In this document: positions 53,280-64,000 of the stretch, one piece after another | Numbering within the stretch: the first letter of the stretch is position 1 | Layout: each line of letters begins with the position of its first letter | Source of the DNA: Octopus sinensis | Taxonomy: Eukaryota | DNA length: 64,000 bases | Assembly (NCBI RefSeq): GCF_006345805.1 | Contig: NC_043006.1 | Location: 99,696,001-99,760,000 of the forward strand | Reading direction: 5' to 3' | The notes under the pieces: generated by a model | What the model was told of the DNA's origin: nothing | The model's database searches: none | The model's input: only the letters and a program-made list of their open reading frames with translations | Translations under genes and position numbers: made by a program

Positions 53280-54051
53280 GTGAAATTGTTTCTGCTTGTT
53301 ACTCACCAAAGCTACCGCCGGACATGTATTAGATTCTTTACGTCACTGTAAACAAAGCAGTTCAGCCACATACCATACTTTAAAAAATGCATACGTACTG
53401 GGGTCGATTTGTTTGAATAAAGCCCTTCAAAGTATTACCTTTCTATGTCCGCATCGCAGTGACTGAAACCCGTAAAGCAAAATGAGAAATATTTTCTTAA
53501 TATACCACACTATTCTGCAGAACATAAAAAGAGGCGTCTACGTCCAGTGGTCTGTGTGTCACTAAAAGTAAATCAATTTTGGCTTCGTCGTCCCTTTCAA
53601 CATTTATTCAAATATAAACTTATTAAATACTATATGAAGCAAATGTATAATGCAATAAAACCGTCGATGAATTCCTTAAAATATTATGGTCTCAGAAGCA
53701 ATTTTCAGTCACTAAGAATGAAGTGTGTTCTAATTATATTTTTATATTGAAGCTAAAAAGATTTAATCAATTGTACTTATACCACAATGAGTAGAAAAGT
53801 CCTTATTGGACTTATTGAGATTTATTGAGGCAAAGCTAAAATTAATACTAATTAAATGTAATGGGTTCTGAGCTTGGTCTGGCTCTGCAGGTCAACTTCT
53901 CGGGGCATATGCCGATTTTCCAATATATATTTTAAACAAAATATATTCAGATGTGCGTATACAGTATATTCGAATGTAGGAGAGAATATAAAGGATTTTA
54001 ATGAAAAGAGTATTCCATCCATTGATTTGTCCCTTTATTACAAGCTATGGG

Positions 54052-54068
54052 AAAGTTATCTATCTATC

Positions 54069-54153
<85 letters not shown>

Positions 54154-54180
54154 TATCTATCTATCCATCTCTCTGCGTGC

Positions 54181-54258
<78 letters not shown>

Positions 54259-54952
54259 TATATATATAATTATATATATATTTATGAAATGAAATAAGGT
54301 TAGTAATTGATATTAATCAATTAAAACCAGTGGCTTAGCATATTTTTAAAGATCCGAAGATTAAAAATTGTGTTACATACAAAATTAGGTGACTGACCAC
54401 TAAAAGTGGACACCCTGTATGCTAATAGACGTCAAATCGGCATTACCACGAAGAATGTGTTCCCAAGAAAACTCGGCCAAAAAACAACGGGTAAAAATAA
54501 GCAAGACAAATGAAAATATACGAAATAAAAAAATTACCTATGTAACATTAACTAATTAAACATTGGTACATAGGTAATCGTATATTTTCATTTGTCTTGC
54601 TTATTTTTTTACATTTTGTTTTTTTGCTGAGATTTTTCTTGAGAACACATTCTTCGTGGTAATAGCGATTTGACGGCTATGTTTAGCATATAGGCTATCT
54701 ACTTTTAGTGGTAAGTCATCTAAATTTTGTATGTAACTTAATTTATATATATATGTATGTGTGTGTGTGTGTGCACGCATGTGTGTGCACACGCATGTGT
54801 GTGTGAATATTATATTTTCCGGATGAAAATACTACTTTCGTTTAGAGCATTTTGCACGAATGTTTATCTTTACATATTTATGAAAATGGTGGGCTTATTT
54901 GCAATGCATTTCGGTAACAACTTGCACACTCGGAACAAAAATTCAGTATTCA

Positions 54953-54983
<31 letters not shown>

Positions 54984-55690
54984 CATACATAAACATAGCT
55001 TCATAGAAGCAAATGCACACATTTACACACACATATGCGTTATCTCTGTGATTGTGCGCATGTACAAGTATTTCCGTATGCATCTGCGTTATCGTAGGCA
55101 TAAAGAATTAGTTAAATGTAGATGTACTTTGGTATACAGATAAGCAAATGTATTTCTATATTTTCATATATATATTTTATACATTTTATATATTTTTATA
55201 TAAAAATGTATTTATATATATTTTTTAAAAACATTCATAATTTTATATAAAATTTCGTTAACAATCTTACTGCCTTCCATATGCTCTCATCAAAAATTTT
55301 CATTAAGCTAAATATATCGATAGAATTACATTTAAAGATGTCATTCCCATATTCTGCTTCCTATGTATACTCGATATCTGATGAAAATTGTCGAAAGTTT
55401 TTTGTTAAAGTAATTGATGCAACAATACTAGAATCTTGGAACTATATATGCCACTCAGTAATGCACGCTGCGTGAATACATATTACTTAATAATAGGCAA
55501 GTTTTTTTCAATTTTGGATTTCATTACCGACTGAGATTTAGGAAGAAAGTTAGCTTTAATCAACCCGTAGTAAATATAAAATAAGCAACTTTCGGAGACA
55601 ATAGTGGTTTATTGATATTGAAGGTTGTGGGTTTTTTTCGTGTCGAAATATGATAAATTGAAAATAATTCTTTTTATATTTCCCGGTAAG
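54052..55690 (-). other. Chimeric inverted duplication A'+B
   Basis: 54052-54851 is the reverse complement of 52517-53279; 54853-55690 is the reverse complement of 61666-62517. Confidence 0.92.
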
Positions 55691-55947
55691 AAGCCCGTCG
55701 TATATATGTATATATATATGTATATGTAGGTGTGTATTTGTGTGTTTGTGTTTTCCCCCTAGCACTGCTTGACAACCGATGCTGGTGTGTTTATGTCCCC
55801 GTTACTTAGCGGTTCGGCAAAAAGAGACCGATAGAATAAGTACTGGGCTTACAAAAAGAATAATTCCCGGGGTCGATTTGCTCGATTAAAGGCGGTGCTC
55901 CAGCATGGCCGCAGTCAAATGACTGAAACAAGTAAAAGAGTAAAGAG
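55688..55947 (+). mobile_element. SINE 3' half, truncated exactly at the duplication junction
   Basis: Begins at aagaagcccgtcg; the upstream gtagacggaaactga of intact copies is missing. Confidence 0.9.
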
Positions 55948-57689
55948 TATATCTAAATATAGACGACCATAATTAGAGTAGTCAGCAAAAATGTGTAAAT
56001 GTACTCAGTTTACTTTCGTAAGTGAGTGAAAACGCGTTCGTATAAATACTGATTAATTTCAAAAACAAGGAAGCAACTCCCAATTTCAAATCGTTTAACA
56101 TTAAGCTGTGCAGCTTGATTTTTAATACGACCAGGCCTTTATACGTTATTCTTGCTGACTTTTGTTGAGCAGCGACAATCAGGGCAGCAATGATTTTATT
56201 TTTTATAAGAAGTATTGGAATATGTGACGGACGGAATTATTCATGCTGGAGAGATTTAGTGAAGGCCGACGTTTAAGTCTGATAGGACTCGTCGTTGATT
56301 AGTAATACAGTTGGATGCATACAATGTAAATGACCAGCGGCAAAAGACGAGCGACTAATGGAAGAAACGGGAATAGATCCCAATGTGATGAATAGAGGCT
56401 AGTATATTACAGGTACAAGAAGCAAAGAAAGATGGAAATTATCTGAAAGTGTCGGTGTCGGCAACATCATATTTAAGTACCTAAAAGCCTGGATCAAGGC
56501 TTTTCTTTGAAAGTGTGATGTTCTGATTGCCTGTGTGTGTGTTAGAAATATAACAAGAAACTTATTCATGTTTTGTACATATTTACCAAATGTTAATGGT
56601 TGGAGTGATATCTGATTCCAAAGAAGTAGACCAGCCCTTCATTTGTAGTTTGCTATAATAACGATGTGCATTCGTTGAAAGGAATTTTCATTGAATGCAC
56701 AGTCTAGAAATTGAAGCGTTCTTGTGAGTTGTAGCCGTGTGCTGCACATGAAAGCGCGACATATTCGCGATGTATGGAATGTCTGGCTATTTACCAACCG
56801 AAAATTGCACAATTGGCTGAATGGAATTACGCATTTGTAGGCGGCTTGGGGATGAGTCTTCAATGGTGTAATGTTTAAGTGCTGTGAAGTAATGAGCTTT
56901 TACATATGGATGACACTTAGGTGGGGATAGTTTTGATAGGGATTAGAAGTTTCATCGTATTTATGCTAGTAGGTATTTTGGGGTTTACCGAAAGCAAGTC
57001 ATTGTAAAGAAAGAATGAAGGAACCATCAGATAAACTGGTGATGATACGTGAATCAAAACTGTCAGAAAAGACGACGACGTTGTGAACTGGCAGGAAACC
57101 AAGAGAAGGGAAACGAATTCATCACATTGACTGGAAGTATGGATAAGATATTGTCGGCTCCAAATTCTCAGACTCCAAATTATGGATATTTTGTAATATT
57201 TCAGATCAGTTATTTACAGTAATTTTATAAACACGATACGTATGTAAATGTTGATTACGTAGATGTATTGTCCACATTTAGACTTGAATTTTACAACGTC
57301 CTAATGGAGTTTCTCATACCATAGCACAAATGTATTTGATTTTTACTTATTTTGCTAATAAATGACGTCGTATGAGTTATGTATTTATTTAAATTGGGTT
57401 ACATATTTCCCCACCAATGTTTTTCTAATATTTTCCCTGACAATTTACTTTCGTTCTCAAATAAACAGGTACACCATGAAATCGTTTCTTAAAACTCAGG
57501 TGTTAAGATATGATGAGAAAATATGCTTGTTTTCGGAACTAAATGGGTATTAAACAACTGCTTATAGAATAAATATGCAATGTTACCAAAATATAGTAAA
57601 ATTACCAGAGTACATTTGGGCGAAAACGAAATTATGAGTGATTTTAAAATTATAAGGCATATGGCAAAAATATAACAAGTGATTAGTTG

Positions 57690-57970
57690 ACAACCAGAGA
57701 AGTCTTGTCATTGTTCCACAATATGTACAGTGACAAGAGACCAAAGCTATATTGATTGTTGGTAAGATCCAGGACATGACTGACAATGACCCCTCCAAGC
57801 CAATCAGGTTCAACGCCAGGAACATGAGAGTGTCTGAGATTCTTATCAGGCAGGTAGTGCATGAAGACGTTCAGTATTCCTCCTACAAGATGAGAAAGGG
57901 CCAATATTTTCCCAAGCCATCAAGAACAAGAGGAAAGGCCCCGCTACGGAGCTTTTGAACAAACTCAAAT
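57690..57970 (+). pseudogene. Tc1/mariner-superfamily transposase N-terminal fragment (possibly DD37D/maT-like)
   Basis: VGKIQDMTDNDPSKPIRFNARNMRVSEILIRQVVHEDVQYSSYKMRKGQ resembles the HTH region of these transposases; family assignment is from recall. Confidence 0.65.
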
Positions 57971-59393
57971 AATTTATCATAACCTTCTTTTTTATCCATT
58001 ACAGCTGAGTCATTATAGTACAAGGTCCCCATTTCACACAACATTTGTAATCAGTTTACTTTTCATGCTAAGCCCTAACCACGTTTTCTTCTTCGCACGA
58101 GTGACAACGCATTTATCTGTAAATTGCTTTTATAAATCAATTGAACTTTTGTCTCTTCATGAATTGACATTGAATTCGCCTTCAAAAGGAAAGATACAGT
58201 TCATTTCACTTCAATCAGTAAAGGAATTATTCCGGTGATTTCTATTATACGTGAATATATAGGGTGTTTATAAAGACGTTATGCAAATTTAAATTTTAAT
58301 AACTTTGCATGTACACACGATAAATGTAAACCCTATATGGCATATAAAAGATTAATTGATTCAAGCAATAATGTTATTAATGCACATGCATATTGACCTT
58401 TATTCACATTCTTCAAATGATTGATAATTGAAAACTATGAGAGTAAAAGGAAATGCTAAATGCTTATTTCAACTTTTAGAATTCAGGTTCTAGTATATGT
58501 GAAGAAATGGAAACTTCCATTATTGGAAACATGTATCGTATAGTGCTTGTAACTTATAAATACATAAAACTGTTTAAACGAAAAAAGTGGAAACAAAAAG
58601 AACGTTATATATACACTTTATCAAACAACTGGTGCAGCGCATAATTCTGTAATCAACGGCAAGAGATTTAAAGAAAACAAAGTTTAAAATTGACGAGAAA
58701 AACTGGATATTTAAAAATTGCAGCAAGAAAAGTATCTTTGATATTGGATTTCTTTTTAACCGTAAAGAATTAAGCCATTGCTCATCACGATGAACTTCTA
58801 GAAAAGATGGACTTAACTTATATGGCACATTTACCTAACTGTGATCAAAAGTTTAGAAGCCAATCATCAAATTCACAGGTCTCATGTGTCGACATATTGT
58901 GTATATTTTCATTTATTCCCACTATAATTAGAGATAGTCAATGGTAAATGGTAACATGCACTGCGTCGTGTATTTTGTTCTCTGCACTTTCCGTTTACTT
59001 TTGATCGTTCCGTCAATGGATTAAACTTTTATAAAAGGATAGCATTGCATGTCAATGTGTGCGTGTTTGGATACACCTGTTGTTTTGGCAGTAATATAGG
59101 ATAACATTGCGTAAAAATTGATGTAATGACAGAGTAGTCCAAATGGTACCTAGGGCTTGCTCTACTGGTAGTAGTAAATTCCACATATACTTTACGATGT
59201 TAGGATGAGGCTATTTATAACAGACTGGGAGTTGATTTTATCTAACCTATTTACGTGACTAGTAATTTCGGTTATCAAATCCAGAAGGAACGAAAGCAAG
59301 GGAAGCTTCGGCGGAATTTGGAGTCAGAGCATATCAGGTGGCCAGCATGGGAATAAGAACCTCAAAGGTAATAATTATTATTACAATTATTAC

Positions 59394-59484
59394 ACCATGC
59401 TCAATATAGCTGCCAAAACCTGACTCTAAAACCACACATAATGTGGGTTTAGTGTCAGGTTTTGGCTGCTATATCGAGCATGGT
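59394..59484. repeat. 91-nt hairpin
   Basis: accatgctc..gccaaaacctgac..accaca pairs with tgtgg..gtcaggttttggc..gagcatggt; one arm resembles 63225-63285. Confidence 0.85.
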
Positions 59485-59829
59485 AGTATCTCTTATATAT
59501 ATATATATAAGCTCTCGTGATAAGATCTGCAAAATTGTACTCGATCAGATAACCTAACCCCAAATTTCCACCACATCTGCATTACAATGCTGGACTAGAA
59601 CCACTGAAGTTACCAGTGGTTCAATTCTCTCCTCCTAAAGCACACCTTTATATTTATACCTGGGCATTGATGGATACTACTCCAGCATATCTCTTATTGT
59701 TCTAAATAAGGTCCTAATTTTCTCCATAAAATATTCCAGTCTGTCTCGCACCGATATTGATATAATATTAGTAGATTCTCGATATATCATACTGTTCAAT
59801 GGGAAATCCTTGGCGCGCAAGGATGCACC

Positions 59830-61660
59830 CAACATTTTGGACATCTTCATAGGAGCCAATGACTCCGCCTAAGTTACGGACCTCGTAATGCATTACATAC
59901 TTAACGGTCTCCATGAACAATTCCCTGACATCTGTAGTAGTCTATAGGGACGTCGTTCTGATCGCAATCCGAATAATCGAACAGACAAGGAAAAATTTAA
60001 ATGTTTTTGTTTTAAGACGTCGACCTAAGCATTTGCTTCTTTTAACAGCATTAAAACTGCTAATTTCTTGGATTTAACCCCGGACTTGCAAAACCAAACC
60101 TTCTACCTATACCACAAACCTGCGTGAACTTCTATTGTGGAAAGCGTTTACTAAAGAATTTCCTCACTATTTAGAAAGGATTTATTCGATCAATATGCTG
60201 AATATTACAATTGTGCCCTACAACGTACCTGATAAAAAATTCAATGGAATACATCCCCGTGTTCGATTTTTCTCTCTCTAACTAAAACCAGTTCGGCAAC
60301 CCCATATCATAAACCAATACCCGTCCAAATTTTAGAGTAATGGACAACCTAACAAACAACCTCCAACCAGATGACCCCAAATCCTATATACCTCACAACT
60401 CACCGAAACAGTCCCCAGCGCACACTCCAAAAACCCTATCCACACCCAGCTACTTCCCTTAATCGAACAAATACAAGATTAAAGGAGAAGAAGCCGGAAA
60501 GTTAATCTACTTCCACCCCATTCGCCTTTAATGTTCGGACTCGAGTTTCTACACTCTTTTTCGCCCCACTCAGAAAATATTTCCTTCAATCTACTTAAAA
60601 ACTATCTAGCCCCTAGTCTACTCATACTCACCAACCTCAGCATTGTTGGAGTTATCCCACATTTTAACAAAAAAACTCATAAATAATAACGAACCAAACA
60701 CCAGTTGCTGAATAAATAGCAATCTCCTCACAAGTTCATCTGGAACACCGCCTAGAAACCTATACAGCTTCAGACATCCAACCTCCTGTCTTTTAGATAA
60801 GCACTGTCTCACAAAAAACATCGTTTATAAATGTACAGTATCAACTACTAATTGTAACAACATATATATCGTGTCATGTAGCACCACCTTCAAATATAAT
60901 GTGAGCAGTCATTACTCCAGTTTCAAGTCCTGAACAAAATCTAACAGTACATTGTTATCTCAGCTTATGAATAAACTAAAGATTGCTTCAATACCTTTCA
61001 GCAGCTATAATAACAAGGCGAGCTCTTTACTATTTAGCAATGCACGGGTTGTCTTAATGAACGCAGCGGTATAATTTTGCCTGCAAATATCGATCAGTAA
61101 ATCTATTCTAAAAATACAAATAACAACAACCCCACGCCGCCTTTCCCCCAAACTTCATAAATTTTCCCTTATTACCACTATATATAAAACCAACAATATA
61201 TCTTCCCTTTAATTCCTTACTGTCATATACTTAGTTCTCTCTGTATATTTCCTTACCATTTAAATTTTTTCTCTTATTTCACCTACCTCTCCTCATAACC
61301 CCTTTCTTTGTAAACTTAAAAGTACATGCGCCAGCATACATCTCTACTACTTTATTTTGTACTCACGCTCCACGCACACATCTGAACATTTCTCAATTGA
61401 AAACCAGTAGTGGCCTCCGCGATTCTTTCCCATTCTCTCATGATTTCACCATGCATATATATTTTTGTATCCCCTTGACCATAAACATGTCTTCACCCTC
61501 TTATCTCTACTTTATCTTTTTTCTAATTCATTCCCCTTGTTAATTTCTGTGATTCGTACAAAACAGCCCTATCCAATAGTACCGGTCAAACGACCGTACT
61601 TAAAATCCTTATTCTCTCTTGCTTAACACCTGTATTCTTATTCACAAACCCAGCAGACCT
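59830..61660 (+). mobile_element. Degenerate Penelope-like element (RT and downstream region)
   Basis: Broken frames give FLDLTPDLQNQTFYLYHKP and PFAFNVRTRV..LRKYF, similar to Penelope RT C-terminal motifs; boundaries approximate. Confidence 0.55.
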
Positions 61661-61665
61661 GGTCG

Positions 61666-62517
61666 CTTACCGGGAAATATAAAAAGAATTATTTTCAATT
61701 TATCATATTTCGACACGAAAAAAACCCACAACCTTCAATATCAATAAACCACTATTGTCTCCGAAAGTTGCTTATTTTATATTTACTACGGGTTGATTAA
61801 AGCTAACTTTCTTCCTAAATCTCAGTCGGTAATGAAATCCAAAATTGAAAAGGCGCCCCGCACACCGAAAAAAACTTGCCTATTATTAAGTAATATGTAT
61901 TCACGCAGCGTGCATTACTGAGTGGCATATATAGTTCCAAGATTCTAGTATTGTTGCATCAATTACTTTAACAAAAAACTTTCGACAATTTTCATCAGAT
62001 ATCGAGTATACATAGGAAGCATAATATGGGAATGACATCTTTAAATGTAATTCTATCGATATATTTAGCTTAATGAAAATTTTTGATGAGAGCATATGGA
62101 AGGCAGTAAGATTGTTAACGAAATTTTATATAAAATTATGAATGTTTTTAAAAAATATATATAAATACATTTTTATATAAAAATATATAAAATGTATAAA
62201 ATATATATATGAAAATATAGAAATACATTTGCTTATCTGTATACCAAAGTACATCTACATTTAACTAATTCTTTATGCCTACGATAACGCAGATGCATAC
62301 GGAAATACTTGTACATGCGCACAATCACAGAGATAACGCATATGTGTGTGTAAATGTGTGCATTTGCTTCTATGAAGCTATGTTTATGTATGCACATATA
62401 TATATATATATATATATTGAATACTGAATTTTTGTTCCGAGTGTGCAAGTTGTTACCGAAATGCATTGCGAATAAGCCCACCATTTTCATAAATATGTAA
62501 AGATAAACATTCGTGCA
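61666..62517 (+). repeat. Segment B', template of the inverted copy at 54853-55690
   Basis: Co-linear reverse-complement match with few substitutions and a 20-bp indel near 61850. Confidence 0.93.
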
Positions 62518-63180
62518 TGCTGCGACGAATTCTACGGTTGGCTGTCGGGTTTGTAATGTTGTGTTTTTTCTTATATGTCTTGAGTTCGTTGCACTGAAGA
62601 GCATAGAATGCATATTCTGCATAGATTGCGAAATCACAGGTGATATGTAACTAAATTCTGTTTTTAAATGACTTGCTTTGAAGTTTTGCATTCGGTACAA
62701 TTTGTTTATTTTAGTGGTTTTGACTGCTAAAATGTCCCTCCTAGCATGCGGTACCTATGAATAATAGTACCCTCTATATAATATAAATAAATATTTTCAA
62801 AGTGGAAAAATTCTCTTACGAGGTTTCTCACGCTAACTACTAATAATTTCTTATAAAGATTTTATCCTTAATTTAAATATATATATATACACATAGTAAG
62901 CGGAAACTGAACGAAACCCGTCGGTGCTCTGTCGGGGCCGCAGTCAAATGACTGAAACAAGTAAAGTATAAAAGAATATATATGTGCGAGTGTGAGTTTA
63001 TGAAATTTTTTAATTTTGTATACATCCAGATATAATATATTTAGATGTATACATATATCATATATATCATATGTATATATACATACCATCTTATATAACT
63101 TACATTGGTTTCAGCCATTATCAGCCCAGGCCATAACTAACTCTATAGTATCATATTCATGCCTATAAACATTTTTATAT

Positions 63181-63226
<46 letters not shown>

Positions 63227-63586
63227 GCATTTAATGTGGTTTTAGAGTCAGATCTTGGCTGCTATTTTCAGCATAGCAGTATCTCTTAGATACCCTAAAT
63301 TAGGATTTTAATAATAATTATTACCTTTGAAGTTTTTTTATTTCCATTCTGGCCACTTGATGAGATCGGTATTTAATTTAAATTAGCGATTTTGTCCTTA
63401 TATATATATATATATTATACCTATATTATGCCTGTGCACACATATGCACATATGTATCTATATGTGTGTGTATGTTATAGATATTTCAATATATAGAGAG
63501 AGTTCAGGATAAAAGTATAAACAAGGCAAAATAATTGTGACAAACGAAACCAGGTGAAGCTGATTTGGAATATCTTCATGATTATT

Positions 63587-64000
63587 GGAGTGGCTGCGTG
63601 GTAAGTAGCTTGCTAACCAACCACGTGGTTCCGGGTTCAGTCCCACTGCGTGGCATCTTGGGTAAGTGTTTTCTGCTATAGCCCCGGGCAGACCAATGCC
63701 ATGTGAGTGGATTTGGTAGACGGAAACTGAAAGAAGCCTGTCGTATATATGAATATATATATATATATATGTATGTGTGTGTATGTGTTTGTGTGTCTGT
63801 GTTTGTACCCGCTAGCATTGCTTGACAACCGATGCTGGTGTGTTTACGTCCCCGTCACTTAGCGGTTCGGCAAAAGAGACCGATAGAATAAGTACAGGGC
63901 TTACAAAGAGTAAGTCCCGGGGTCGATTTGCTCGACTAAAGGCGGTGCTCCAGCATGGCCGCAGTCAAATGACTGAAACAAGTAAAATAGTAAAAGAGTA
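63587..64000 (+). mobile_element. Near full-length SINE
   Basis: ggagtggctgcgtggtaagtagc head with ggttcagtccc B-box-like motif; tail gactgaaacaagtaaaa. Confidence 0.93.

Noticed and set aside
55370-55410. CTGATGA..GAAA hammerhead-like core (also in B')
   Set aside because: No stem I, II or III pairing

Overview
AT-rich, microsatellite-saturated eukaryotic non-coding DNA, intergenic or deep intronic. The SINE families and repeat landscape look like an octopus (coleoid cephalopod) genome; this is inferred from pattern recognition, not a database search. I could not support any host protein-coding exon. Nearly all ORF-track entries are simple-repeat or antisense artefacts. The recognisable content is transposon-derived: RTE LINEs (two near-intact copies and one chimeric fragment), R4/Dong-type REL LINE fragments, a CR1-like 3' end, Penelope-like remnants, Helitron helicase and non-autonomous Helitrons, mariner/Tc1 derivatives, MITE/foldback elements and many tRNA-head SINEs. 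The most interesting unexplained structures are: (1) a palindrome at 3001-3111 carrying a hammerhead-ribozyme fold on each strand, with further hammerhead relics elsewhere; (2) a 1.64 kb chimeric segment (54052-55690) built from two inverted local templates; (3) a TSD-flanked head-to-head RTE chimera whose arms differ mostly at synonymous sites; (4) a 43-bp minisatellite grown from the last codons of a LINE ORF; (5) an RTE lacking its endonuclease region; (6) many long foldbacks that could form dsRNA.
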